DNA of 64,000 nt from an uncultured bacterium (GCA_965112635.1 OZ218778.1:1152001-1216000), one strand, 5' to 3'. Shown: positions 42,557 through 51,710, numbered from the stretch's first letter. Notes: generated by a model from the sequence alone, not told the origin. Numbers and translations: made by a program.

Positions 42557-44686
42557 ATGCCTTTCCAATTAGTCTCTGATTTCAAACCCAAAGGCGACCA
42601 GCCCCAGGCCATCAAGGCCCTGGTGGACCAGTGCCAAAAAGGCGCTCCCCGTCAGACCCTGCTGGGCGTGACCGGCTCGGGCAAGACCTTTACCATGGCC
42701 TGCGTCATCGAGGCTTTGCAGAGGCCGGCCCTGGTCATCTCGCACAATAAAACATTAGCAGCCCAGCTCTACAGCGAGTTCAAGGATTTTTTCCCCAAGA
42801 ATGCCGTGGAGTATTTCGTGAGCTATTACGACTACTACCAGCCCGAAGCCTACATCCCGCAGACCGACACCTATATCGCCAAGGACGCTTCCATCAACCA
42901 GGAACTGGACCGTCTGCGGTTGTCCGCGACCCACTCCCTGCTGACCCGCAGGGACACCGTGGTGGTGGCTTCGGTCTCCTGCATCTACGGCATCGGTTCG
43001 CCGACGACCTGGCAGAACATGCTCGTGTTCCTCAAAGAGGGCGAGGAATACCCCCGCGACCGGTTTTTCAAGAGCCTGGTGGACATGCAGTACAGCCGCA
43101 ACGACATCGACTTTTTCAGGGGCAACTTCCGGGTGCGGGGCGACACCGTGGAGATCTATCCCTCCTACGGCGACACGGCCTTCCGGCTGGAATTTTTCGG
43201 CGACAAGCTGGAAAAACTGACGGAGATAGACACGCTTACGGCCACCAAGATACGGGGCCACCGTTCCCTGGCCGTTTATCCGGCCAAGCACTATGTCATG
43301 CCGCAGGACGAGATGAAAAAGTCCCTGCAGAACATCGAGGACGAACTGCAGGAACGCCTGGCCGAGCTGAAAAAAGACAACAAGCTGGTGGAATTCCAGC
43401 GCCTGGAGCAGCGCACGCATTTTGACCTGGAAATGATGCAGGAGATAGGGTACTGCAGCGGCATCGAGAACTATTCCAGGCATCTGGACGGCCGCAAACC
43501 CGGGGAACCGCCCTACACCCTGCTGGATTATCTGCCGCAGGACGCCCTTATCTTCATCGATGAGTCCCATGTGACCCTCCCCCAGCTCCACGGGATGTAC
43601 AAGGGCGACCGGTCGCGCAAGGATTCGCTGGTGGAATACGGGTTCAGGCTAAGGTCAGCCTATGACAACCGGCCTTTGTATTTCGAGGAGTTTGAACAGC
43701 GCGCCAAGCAGGTCGTGTTCGTGTCCGCCACGCCCGCCGAATACGAGCTGAAACAAAGCAAAAAGCTGGTGGCCGAGCAGATCATCAGGCCGACGGGCCT
43801 GTCCGACCCGCAGGTCATCCTCAAAAAATCAACAGGCCAGATCGACGATGTGATGGCTGAGATACGCCGGCGCGCCGGCGACAAGGAACGGACCCTGGTG
43901 ACCACCCTGACCAAACGCATGGCCGAAGACCTGACCGAGTATTTAAAAGGGGTGGGCATCAAGGTCCAGTACCTGCATTCGGACGTGGAAACATTGGAAC
44001 GGGTCAAGATCATCCGGGAATTGCGCCTGGGGACCTACGACGTGCTGGTGGGCATCAACCTCCTGCGGGAAGGTTTGGACATCCCCGAGGTGTCCCTGGT
44101 GGCCATCCTGGACGCGGACAAGGAAGGGTTCCTCAGGTCCGAGCGGTCGCTCATCCAGACCATGGGCCGGGCGGCCCGCCATATCAAGGGCACGGTCATC
44201 CTTTACGCGGACAAGCTCACGGACTCCATCAAAAAAGCCATAGCCGAGACCAGCCGCCGCCGCGACATCCAGCTGGAATACAACAAAAAGAACCACATCA
44301 CGCCGGAGTCCGTCAAAAAAGCCATTCGGGAGGATATCAGCACGGTTTACGAGGCCGATTACTACACGGTGCCGCTGACCGGAGGCGTGGTGGCTGCCGA
44401 GGACAAGGCTGCCTACATCCCGCCGGACGAACTACCCAAGATCATCGTGGGGCTGGAGCAGAAGATGAGGGAAGCGGCCCGCAGGCTGGAGTTCGAAAAG
44501 GCCGCGCTCATCCGCGACCGCATCAAGAGCCTGCGCGAACACATGCAGGGCATCGCACCGTCAGAAAAGGAAGTGCTGGAACTGCTGGGATTGTCCGCGA
44601 AAAAAGGACGTGAAATCGTCCAGCAGAACAAAAAGTTAAAATCTAAAAGAGCCAAGCTGAAAATTAGAAAAACAGATGTAAAATAA
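42557..44686 (+). CDS. uvrB: Excinuclease ABC subunit B
   Basis: [44 protein letters not shown]-terminal UVR domain. Confidence 0.98.
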   Translation: MPFQLVSDFKPKGDQPQAIKALVDQCQKGAPRQTLLGVTGSGKTFTMACVIEALQRPALVISHNKTLAAQLYSEFKDFFPKNAVEYFVSYYDYYQPEAYIPQTDTYIAKDASINQELDRLRLSATHSLLTRRDTVVVASVSCIYGIGSPTTWQNMLVFLKEGEEYPRDRFFKSLVDMQYSRNDIDFFRGNFRVRGDTVEIYPSYGDTAFRLEFFGDKLEKLTEIDTLTATKIRGHRSLAVYPAKHYVMPQDEMKKSLQNIEDELQERLAELKKDNKLVEFQRLEQRTHFDLEMMQEIGYCSGIENYSRHLDGRKPGEPPYTLLDYLPQDALIFIDESHVTLPQLHGMYKGDRSRKDSLVEYGFRLRSAYDNRPLYFEEFEQRAKQVVFVSATPAEYELKQSKKLVAEQIIRPTGLSDPQVILKKSTGQIDDVMAEIRRRAGDKERTLVTTLTKRMAEDLTEYLKGVGIKVQYLHSDVETLERVKIIRELRLGTYDVLVGINLLREGLDIPEVSLVAILDADKEGFLRSERSLIQTMGRAARHIKGTVILYADKLTDSIKKAIAETSRRRDIQLEYNKKNHITPESVKKAIREDISTVYEADYYTVPLTGGVVAAEDKAAYIPPDELPKIIVGLEQKMREAARRLEFEKAALIRDRIKSLREHMQGIAPSEKEVLELLGLSAKKGREIVQQNKKLKSKRAKLKIRKTDVK
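44592..44650 (+). repeat. Direct repeat of the uvrB 3' end, copy 1 (inside the gene)
   Basis: TGTCCGCGAAAAAAGGACGTGAAATCGTCCAGCA matches 46487-46520 at 32 of 34 positions. Confidence 0.85.
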
Positions 44687-44693
44687 GACTAAA

Positions 44694-44739
44694 TGTATAC
44701 CTAAGGTAGACAAATTATAGTAAATGCAAACTAATAATT
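44694..44739. promoter_or_regulatory. Inverted repeats upstream of abiEi (putative autoregulatory operators)
   Basis: TGTATACCT-A-AGGTAGACA and AATTATAGT...ACTAATAATT; AbiEi antitoxins are known to bind promoter inverted repeats. Confidence 0.5.
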
Positions 44740-44773
44740 GATGTTTGTTTTAATAAATGCTAATATGTAAACC

Positions 44774-45574
44774 ATGAGTATACAAAATAGAGGAAAAATA
44801 AACAAACTTATAAGGATTTGGCCTCATGGGACAGTGGCGGTATCTTCCTGGCTCAATAAACAGGGAGTTTCCCGGCAACTGGTGAAAAAATATCTTAAGT
44901 CAAAATGGCTGACCCGGATAGGCAGTGGGGCCTATGCTCGTAACGGAGAATCTCCTGATTGGACGGGGGGCCTTTATGCGATACAGAGTCATACTGGCCT
45001 GCCCATCCATGCCGCAGGCAAAACAGCTCTTCAACTGCAAGGATATGCCCACTTTCTTTCTCTAAACAAAACAGGGGATATCTGGTTATTTGGGAACACT
45101 GGCCAAAAACTTCCCAATTGGTTCAAAGCTTTTGATTGGGGGCCAAAAATAAATTATGCAGCTGTAAACCTATTTGGTAGTGCTAGATCTCTTAGTTTTA
45201 CTACTAAGGATTTTGGCGACTATCTCATCCGAATATCTTCTCCTGAAAGAGCTGTGATGGAGCTTTTACATTTAGCTCCACAGGACCAGTCACTGGAAGA
45301 AGCCAGGCTCATAATGGATGGACTGGCAACATTGCGGCCTGATCTTATGCAAGAGCTTTTGAAGGAATGTCAATCCATAAAAGTAAAGAGGTTATTCCTG
45401 GTGCTAGCTGAAGCTAGCGGTCACGAATGGGTGCCACGGTTGGACCTGAAAAAGATTGATCTCGGAAAGGGGAAAAGGTTGGTAGAAAAGAACGGTAAAA
45501 TGCATCCTAAATATCAGGTTACCGTCCCGGAGTCTCTGATGCCGGCCAGGTCAGGCGGAAAGGAAACGGCGTGA
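44774..45574 (+). CDS. abiEi: Type IV toxin-antitoxin antitoxin, AbiEi family
   Basis: N-terminal wHTH-like region, H.AGKTALQLQG, SSPERAVMELL, CQSIKVKRLFL, LGKGKR; 4-nt overlap with the toxin gene. Confidence 0.85.
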   Translation: MSIQNRGKINKLIRIWPHGTVAVSSWLNKQGVSRQLVKKYLKSKWLTRIGSGAYARNGESPDWTGGLYAIQSHTGLPIHAAGKTALQLQGYAHFLSLNKTGDIWLFGNTGQKLPNWFKAFDWGPKINYAAVNLFGSARSLSFTTKDFGDYLIRISSPERAVMELLHLAPQDQSLEEARLIMDGLATLRPDLMQELLKECQSIKVKRLFLVLAEASGHEWVPRLDLKKIDLGKGKRLVEKNGKMHPKYQVTVPESLMPARSGGKETA

Positions 45575-46485
45575 AAGAAACATCCTACACTAAACAGGCA
45601 CGCCTCCTTCTGCGATTTATGCCGCTTATTGCACGTGAAAAATGTTTTGGTTTGAAAGGCGGTACAGCCATCAATCTGTTCGTCAGGGATATGCCTCGTC
45701 TTTCCGTGGATATAGATTTGACCTATCTGCCGATAGAATCCCGTGAAATTTCTCTGACCAATATGAATGCGGTTCTTAAAAGGATTGCTGCGGGATCCAG
45801 CAGGATTGTTCCTGGAGCTAAGGTGGATATCAACAATCCGGACGACCAAGGAACCCGATTATATGTACGGGAACCAGATGCGGTGATCAAAGTAGAGGCC
45901 AACGAGGTTCTGCGGGGCACGGTTTATCCTTCAAGAGAAATGGAGTTGTGCCCTAAAGCAAAAAAGTTGTTTGAATTGACGGTCAAGACCACAGTTGTGT
46001 CTTTTGCTGATCTTTACGGTGGAAAGATTTGTGCGGCGCTGGATCGTCAGCATCCCAGGGACCTGTTTGATGTAAAACTACTCCTTGATAACGAAGGGAT
46101 GACCAAGGAGGTCCGAAAAGCTTTTGTTGTTTATCTGGCCAGTCATAACCGCCCCATGCATGAATTGATCAGCCCCACCAGATTGGATTTTAGGAGAGAT
46201 TTTGACAGCGATTTCAGTGGTATGACGCAGGAACCGGTTACTTATGAGGAGCTGGCGGAGACAAGGGAAAAACTTATTAAAGGAATTGCCAAAGGTCTAA
46301 CACAGGATGAAAAAAGATTTTTAGTTTCATTGAAGGCGGGTGAACCAGAATGGAATCTTCTGGGAATAGATAATGTCGAAAGGCTTCCTGCTTTGCAGTG
46401 GAAAATGCTCAATATCCGAAACATGAATAAAGCCAAGCAGAACAGGATGCTGGAGCTTTTGAAGGAGAAGCTGGAGTTAGTTTAA
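45571..46485 (+). CDS. abiEii: Type IV TA toxin, AbiEii/AbiGii nucleotidyltransferase
   Basis: LKGGTAINLF...RLSVDIDL, GGKICAALDRQHPRDLFD. Confidence 0.9.
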   Translation: MKETSYTKQARLLLRFMPLIAREKCFGLKGGTAINLFVRDMPRLSVDIDLTYLPIESREISLTNMNAVLKRIAAGSSRIVPGAKVDINNPDDQGTRLYVREPDAVIKVEANEVLRGTVYPSREMELCPKAKKLFELTVKTTVVSFADLYGGKICAALDRQHPRDLFDVKLLLDNEGMTKEVRKAFVVYLASHNRPMHELISPTRLDFRRDFDSDFSGMTQEPVTYEELAETREKLIKGIAKGLTQDEKRFLVSLKAGEPEWNLLGIDNVERLPALQWKMLNIRNMNKAKQNRMLELLKEKLELV

Positions 46486-46486
46486 C

Positions 46487-46563
46487 TGTCCGCCAAAAAA
46501 GGCCGTGAAATCGTCCAGCAAAATGCTAAATTAAAACCAAAGAGAATATCCTTAAAGAAATGA
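46487..46563 (+). repeat. Direct repeat of the uvrB 3' end, copy 2 (orphan tail [25 protein letters not shown])
   Basis: Begins right after the abiEii stop; mostly synonymous differences from the uvrB tail; own stop at 46561-46563. Confidence 0.85.
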
Positions 46564-46564
46564 A

Positions 46565-48283
46565 GTGAGGCTCATTCTGTCAACACAACGGAGCTTTTCA
46601 ATGTTGCAAATTGAATTAGACAGGACAAATATAAGCAGCACTCCTGCGGGGGCAAACGCTGTGAATATTTCCTATAGTTATTGGGGCAACGGCCTCAGGC
46701 TATCCATGAACGACAGCGGGGGCGTCAAAACCTACCACTATGACGAGTTAAACCGGCTGACGCAACTCAGCAATTCCTCTTCCGCCTATTCCTTGTTCTA
46801 TGCCTATGACCCCAGCCACAATAAGGTCACCAAAACCAACACGCTGCCCAATACGGGATCAACGGTTTACGACTATTATGAGAACGGGTTGCTGAGGTCA
46901 GTGACGGACGCTGATAACCAGACCACGGCGTATTATTATGACAGCGTGAAAAACCTGACGGAGGTGGTCTATCCGGGAAACATAGCCACAGCCAATTATA
47001 CCTATGACCCTTCCACTAACCGTTTGACCCTTTTGCAGAACTTAAATGCCAAAGGGTCGGTCATCTCCCAGTTTGCCTATGACTACGACAATGTGGGTAA
47101 CAAGAAGCACATGAAGGATAATGTGGAAACAGTAGGTTATGGTTATGATCCCCTTAACCAGCTCCAGACCGTGACGCACCAGACCACCAGGGGTACGATC
47201 AGCTATGGGTATGACGCGGCGGGGAACAGGAATAAATTCAATTCTCAGGCGATCAATGTTTATTATAACAATGACAACTCGATCCAGAGCGGGTATGGGG
47301 AAACTTTTACGCCTGACGGGGCCGGGAATATGATACAGAGGACAACAGGCTCATCAACGACGACGTACGGCTGGGACAGCCTGAACCGGCTCTGTCAGGT
47401 CACTCTGCCAGGGAACAAAACAGTCAGCTATGTATATGACGGAGATAATCACAGAGTAAAGAAAACAGTGGGCAGTGCCGTGACCAATTATATTTATGAC
47501 GGGAACTCGGTGGTTTTTGAGACGGATGGGAGCAGCAACCCTACTGCCAGGACTTATAACCCTGGGATTAGCGTTAAGGATAATAAGGGCAATAAATTCT
47601 TTTATCTCTATGACGGGCTAGGGTCAGTGGTTAATCTTATTGATAGAAAAGGTCAGATAATTCAGTCCTACTCTTATGACGCATACGGTCAGGCTTTTGG
47701 TGTGATTAAAGACCTGATGAATAACTACAGGTTTATCGGGGCAGGCGATGTTTATTCGGATGATGATGTAAATTTGCAATTTATGTTGAACAGGTGGTTT
47801 GACCCAAAGCTGGGAAGGTTTATATCCAGAGATCCTATTGAAATTAGATCAAGTCCAAATCTTTATGGTTATGTGAACAATAACCCAATAAATAATATGG
47901 ATATAATGGGACTATATACTTCGCTTCAACATGTACAACAAGAATATAATGCATTGGATTATAGGGTATCAAAAGGCAAGCTACCAACTTCTGTTGAAAT
48001 ATTGATAGCAGAAAGTGATCTTGATGAATGTCAAATAGATTTAATGCAAGTTCGTGTACGTATGTTTGGAGTAACCGGAGCTGGCTTTGTCCTTGGAGAA
48101 TTTACAGAGGGTCTTGGTGCACCTGGTTTACAAGCGTTGGCGATGTTTTTGGAATCCGCGGGTTTGATTGGGGAAGGATATGATTTAATTTCAGGAATGG
48201 CTGAGTTGTCCAATGATGAAGATGTAATTAAATATTTAGAAGAGAAAATAAAGGAGTTAGAGAAAAAATGTCATACCAAATAA
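46565..48283 (+). CDS. RHS/YD-repeat protein (apparently 5'-truncated) with RHS core and a C-terminal toxin-like domain
   Basis: YDELNRL and YDAAGNR repeats, YLYDGLGSV, YSYDAYG, RWFDPKLGRFISRDP, NLYGYVNNNPINNMDIMG, then a divergent C-terminus. Confidence 0.88.
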   Translation: MRLILSTQRSFSMLQIELDRTNISSTPAGANAVNISYSYWGNGLRLSMNDSGGVKTYHYDELNRLTQLSNSSSAYSLFYAYDPSHNKVTKTNTLPNTGSTVYDYYENGLLRSVTDADNQTTAYYYDSVKNLTEVVYPGNIATANYTYDPSTNRLTLLQNLNAKGSVISQFAYDYDNVGNKKHMKDNVETVGYGYDPLNQLQTVTHQTTRGTISYGYDAAGNRNKFNSQAINVYYNNDNSIQSGYGETFTPDGAGNMIQRTTGSSTTTYGWDSLNRLCQVTLPGNKTVSYVYDGDNHRVKKTVGSAVTNYIYDGNSVVFETDGSSNPTARTYNPGISVKDNKGNKFFYLYDGLGSVVNLIDRKGQIIQSYSYDAYGQAFGVIKDLMNNYRFIGAGDVYSDDDVNLQFMLNRWFDPKLGRFISRDPIEIRSSPNLYGYVNNNPINNMDIMGLYTSLQHVQQEYNALDYRVSKGKLPTSVEILIAESDLDECQIDLMQVRVRMFGVTGAGFVLGEFTEGLGAPGLQALAMFLESAGLIGEGYDLISGMAELSNDEDVIKYLEEKIKELEKKCHTK

Positions 48284-48705
48284 GAAAACTGTTTTCATTT
48301 AAAACAATTTTCAGGTCACTTTTATTATTTGTTATTTTGCCTACCTTTTGGATTTTTATTTATAAATTAATTTATCCTAAATTAATTGGTCATTCAGATA
48401 AGCTTAATAAGTGTACTAATATTATATCTGTCCTTCTGCTGTGGTTTTGCTTTATTGTTTTAAGGATTTACTTTACGCCGCTCAGAAATCTGCAGATGGG
48501 GAGTTTTTTTGAAAAATCAAAAAAACATTTTGGCTTCGTTATTATATATTTTGCTGTGGTTTCGATTCTAACTTTCTTAATGTATTTTTATTTCCTAATA
48601 GATCTTATTGACAATAATTTTTATAATTTTCTTTATACGATATTTATGGTTGGATCATCCATTTTTGTTTTAGAACACTTACTTAGAAATACTAACAAGG
48701 AATGA
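48268..48705 (+). CDS. Putative immunity protein (about 4 transmembrane helices)
   Basis: AT-rich hydrophobic ORF overlapping the toxin stop, with its AAGGAG RBS inside the toxin gene. Confidence 0.7.
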   Translation: MSYQIRKLFSFKTIFRSLLLFVILPTFWIFIYKLIYPKLIGHSDKLNKCTNIISVLLLWFCFIVLRIYFTPLRNLQMGSFFEKSKKHFGFVIIYFAVVSILTFLMYFYFLIDLIDNNFYNFLYTIFMVGSSIFVLEHLLRNTNKE

Positions 48706-48781
48706 TAGTGAATATTAATCACGCAATGTACAAATATTCAGCGCATGTTTTAATCTGCTTTTCTGTAATAGAAGGTAAACA

Positions 48782-48950
48782 CAGCGTGGCAGGAGAAGAA
48801 TAAACAACTATGACCAATACTCAAATTTCATTTACGATTCAAAGCCTAGCGTTACTTAGCGAAACTGGAGACAAAATGCAGGTTTGTGAGAAAGGGTCTG
48901 AGAACATACGATTTAGGATGATTGATTTCAAAACACTGCAACGGATTATT
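48782..48950 (+). repeat. Inter-module repeat, copy A (uninterrupted)
   Basis: Aligns with 50121-50577 once two inserts are removed; ends where RHS homology begins (48951). Confidence 0.85.
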
Positions 48951-49844
48951 GACGGAAACAACCTGCGGGTCAGGAAGACGGGGAACGGTCAGACTACGAA
49001 CTATCTCTATGATGGTCTTTCCGTGGTGTTTGAGACCGATGGGACAACAGGGGCGATAACCAAAACCTATAATCCTGGAATTAGTGCGACGGATAAGAAG
49101 ACAGGTTACAAGTTTTTCTATCTTTATGATGGGTTGGGGTCAGTGGTGAATCTGATTGATAAGAAGGGACAGATTATTCAGTCCTACTCTTATGACGCCT
49201 TCGGACAGGCTCTAGGCGTTACCAAAGACCCGATGAATAATTATAGGTTCGTAGGATCATATGGGGTGTTTTCCGATGACGATGTTCAGGCTCAATATAT
49301 GATGAACAGATGGTATGACAGCAAGCTTGGTAGTTTTTTATCACGGGACGCAACTCCGATGGGAGAGTTAAACCTTTATCGTTATGCGAGCAACAATGGT
49401 GTCAATTTAATTGATCCTTATGGATTATATGACTGGTGGCAAGGCGGTTGGGGCGTTGAGGGCGTGATAGGGGGTGGAGCTGGGATTGTTGCTGCGATTG
49501 CCGCAATACCTGCAACAGGGGGATTAAGTCTGGTGGGTGCTGCGATACTAACTGGTGCAATTGCTGGGGGAGGAGTTACAACTGCAGTAGGCGCAGTGAA
49601 TGTTATTGCCGCAGGAACTGATCAGGCTGGAAGTATCATTGATCCTGTTGGGCAGATTACAAATGCACTGGTCGGGCAAAACATAGGAGGCGATATTGTT
49701 ACAGCTCAAGAATTACAGGATGCATATAAGATAGTCATGGGAGAGAACCCTGCGGAAAAAATTGAGGGTGCTGCGGATTTAGTTCAGAAAGTTATTGAAA
49801 AAATAAAGGAAAAAAGGAATAAGAAAAAGCAATGTCAAAAATAA
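48810..49844 (+). CDS. Orphan RHS core fragment plus glycine-rich hydrophobic C-terminal toxin-like domain
   Basis: 48951-49424 is homologous to 47438-47911 (FFYLYDGLGSVVNLID, RWYD...LSRD, NLYRY...DPYG). Confidence 0.85.
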   Translation: MTNTQISFTIQSLALLSETGDKMQVCEKGSENIRFRMIDFKTLQRIIDGNNLRVRKTGNGQTTNYLYDGLSVVFETDGTTGAITKTYNPGISATDKKTGYKFFYLYDGLGSVVNLIDKKGQIIQSYSYDAFGQALGVTKDPMNNYRFVGSYGVFSDDDVQAQYMMNRWYDSKLGSFLSRDATPMGELNLYRYASNNGVNLIDPYGLYDWWQGGWGVEGVIGGGAGIVAAIAAIPATGGLSLVGAAILTGAIAGGGVTTAVGAVNVIAAGTDQAGSIIDPVGQITNALVGQNIGGDIVTAQELQDAYKIVMGENPAEKIEGAADLVQKVIEKIKEKRNKKKQCQK

Positions 49845-50095
49845 GTATTACAACCCTTTTAATATCAATTTTATTTTTTTGCCTTGGGATTATAACAATA
49901 TTTTTTCCAACATTTTTTGGAAGGCTTCGAGTCTTTAGTCTTAGGTATGAGAAGTTCATTACACCCATTTGGTATTTTATAAATAAATGGAGACGTGTAA
50001 AACGTCCTCCAACAAGAAGGAGCGATGTAATTAGCGGTCTAATTCTATTAATTTTTTCCGTAATATTTTTTTATCTTTATTTGGCAGGCAGGTAG
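49832..50095 (+). CDS. Putative immunity protein (2 transmembrane helices)
   Basis: AT-rich, overlaps the toxin stop, two hydrophobic helices. Confidence 0.7.
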   Translation: MSKISITTLLISILFFCLGIITIFFPTFFGRLRVFSLRYEKFITPIWYFINKWRRVKRPPTRRSDVISGLILLIFSVIFFYLYLAGR

Positions 50096-50198
50096 TTCCA
50101 GTTGGAGATTGTGAAATGTTCAGCATGTCAGGAGAAGGGTTGAAGGATATGACCGACACTCGAATTTCATCTACGATTCAAAACCTAGCGGTACTTAG

Positions 50199-50358
50199 AA
50201 GTCCGCTGAAAAAGTCCCCATGCGGGGACTGCAAAGAGCCCAGCAGGGTCTTTTTCAGCTCACGAAGAAGGATGAAACTCCTCGATGCTGATTGCATACC
50301 CCTCAAGGGGGTACTAAAAAGAGTCTCGGAGTGGCAGTCTGCTGAGGCAGACTGCCAG
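50199..50358. mobile_element. Miniature non-autonomous insertion (MITE-like, ~160 bp)
   Basis: Absent from repeat copy A; starts after TTAG with AAGTCCGCTGAAAAAG and ends GCAGACTGCCAG; several internal hairpins. Confidence 0.7.
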
Positions 50359-50422
50359 CGACCCTGGAGACAAAATGCAGGTTTGTGAGAAATCGTCTGA
50401 GAACATACGATTTAGGGTGATA

Positions 50423-50547
50423 AACATCCCTGCGCTAGAGCGCAGGGTATTTCAGAGGAAGAATCTATTTTGTTTGTTCCCCCTCCGCTTCGCTGCGGGC
50501 TGGCATTTATCCCCGCTAAAAGACTGCGGGGGTTTCTGCCAGAGGTC
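50423..50547. mobile_element. Miniature insertion with subterminal hairpins (IS200/IS605-like or REP-like)
   Basis: Absent from copy A; ATA on both sides; hairpins CCCTGCGCT-AG-AGCGCAGGG and CCCCGC...GCGGGG. Confidence 0.7.
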
Positions 50548-50638
50548 ATAGATTTCAAAATACTGTAAAGATTTTGAGCAGGATGGTAACGGAAGCGGAA
50601 AAAAGTAGGGTGTTATTAAGCTAAGGTGGAGCTAAGTT

Positions 50639-51649
50639 ATGAGGAAAAAAATCATACTGCATGTAATTTTTCTGGCAATGATTTTAGCTCCTGTTTTGGT
50701 GTCGGCAGGTTCATGGCCATTTTTTAAGAATAACATGGTTAGGTCAGGCAGTGTTTCGTCCTCTAATTTAACCCCTCCCTTGATATTGAAATGGGCTTTT
50801 AGGGCCGCCAATAATGCGACTGTAGAGTATTCCTCGCCGGTAGTTTCAACCAATCATTATGTTTATATTAGCGCGAGTAATGGGATAGTGTATGCCTTTG
50901 ACAGCAGTGAGACCCCAACGAAAGGCCTGATTAATAATGTTATTACCTCAGTGATTAATCCGAAAAGGGTCTATCAGACCGAAGGTCAGATCTATAGCAC
51001 TCCGGCTGTAGTTAACACAAGCAGTGATACAAGGATTTTTGTGGCATGCACGGATGGTTTTTTATACTGTTTAAAAGAAGGCACTAGTCCAGATTTCCTA
51101 TGGAAGTCTCCCATTGGAAACGCGGGGTTTTCTTCGCCCGTGGCTTACACTACGCTCTCTTCTTATCAAGTAGTTGCCTGCGGATCCAATGACGGGTCAG
51201 TGCATGTTTTCAGCGTGAGCGGCACTCCGGTTCCATCGGTTTACCAAACCAATGGTTATGTGATCGGTTCCCCGGCAATATCCGGATACAATAATTTATA
51301 TTTCTCTTCCCTGGACGGGAGTTTTAATTCCATTAATGCCACGAACGGGGGCCCTCTCCAATGGACCAAAATCCAGAGTCCGACAAGAGCCACGCAGGTG
51401 GCCAGCGGGAATGTCGTGTTTGTCGGGGACAGCGGCCTTAACGGCTATTATTATGGCGGTTCCTATACAGGACAAAAGCTTTACTCCACCTATGGATTTG
51501 GCGCGGGAGTGGCCATGTCGTCATCCCCCGTGGCTGTACAGGGCAGTTCCGGTACTATAGTTATAGTTTGTCTGGATAACGCTACCATTGTTGCGCTGAA
51601 TTATCCTATTGTCGTGAATTGGGTCCAGGTCTTCACAAATAAGGGCTAG
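50639..51649 (+). CDS. Secreted PQQ/BamB-like beta-propeller protein (possibly truncated)
   Basis: Signal peptide, WPFFKNN..RSG, repeated SSP[VA]V and DG..Y..[DN] blade motifs. Confidence 0.75.
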   Translation: MRKKIILHVIFLAMILAPVLVSAGSWPFFKNNMVRSGSVSSSNLTPPLILKWAFRAANNATVEYSSPVVSTNHYVYISASNGIVYAFDSSETPTKGLINNVITSVINPKRVYQTEGQIYSTPAVVNTSSDTRIFVACTDGFLYCLKEGTSPDFLWKSPIGNAGFSSPVAYTTLSSYQVVACGSNDGSVHVFSVSGTPVPSVYQTNGYVIGSPAISGYNNLYFSSLDGSFNSINATNGGPLQWTKIQSPTRATQVASGNVVFVGDSGLNGYYYGGSYTGQKLYSTYGFGAGVAMSSSPVAVQGSSGTIVIVCLDNATIVALNYPIVVNWVQVFTNKG

Positions 51650-51667
51650 CTGCCGACTCATCCCCAA

Positions 51668-51702
51668 AAGCACCACGGACTTCATACCCGTGGTGTTTTT
51701 TT
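51668..51702. terminator. Hairpin/terminator at the right edge of the island
   Basis: CACCACGG-ACTTCATAC-CCGTGGTG followed by TTTTTTT, between convergent genes. Confidence 0.65.
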
Positions 51703-51710
51703 GTTTTAGG

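Larger units (their letters stand above)
50121..50577 (+). repeat. Inter-module repeat, copy B, interrupted by two insertions
   Basis: ATGACCGACACTCGAATTTCATCTACGATTCAAAACCTAGCGGTACTTAG | CGACCCTGGAGACAAAATGCAGG...GGGTGATA | GATTTCAAAATACTG. Confidence 0.85.

Noticed and set aside
50116-50388. 90-aa ORF MFSMSGEGLKDMTDTRISS...
   Set aside because: It reads through repeat B and insert 1, so it is treated as a by-product rather than a gene.
46565-51649. T6SS-linked locus or integron call for the RHS array
   Set aside because: No PAAR, VgrG, Hcp or intI genes in the window, and the repeat lacks clear RYYYAAC/GTTRRRY attC ends by eye.
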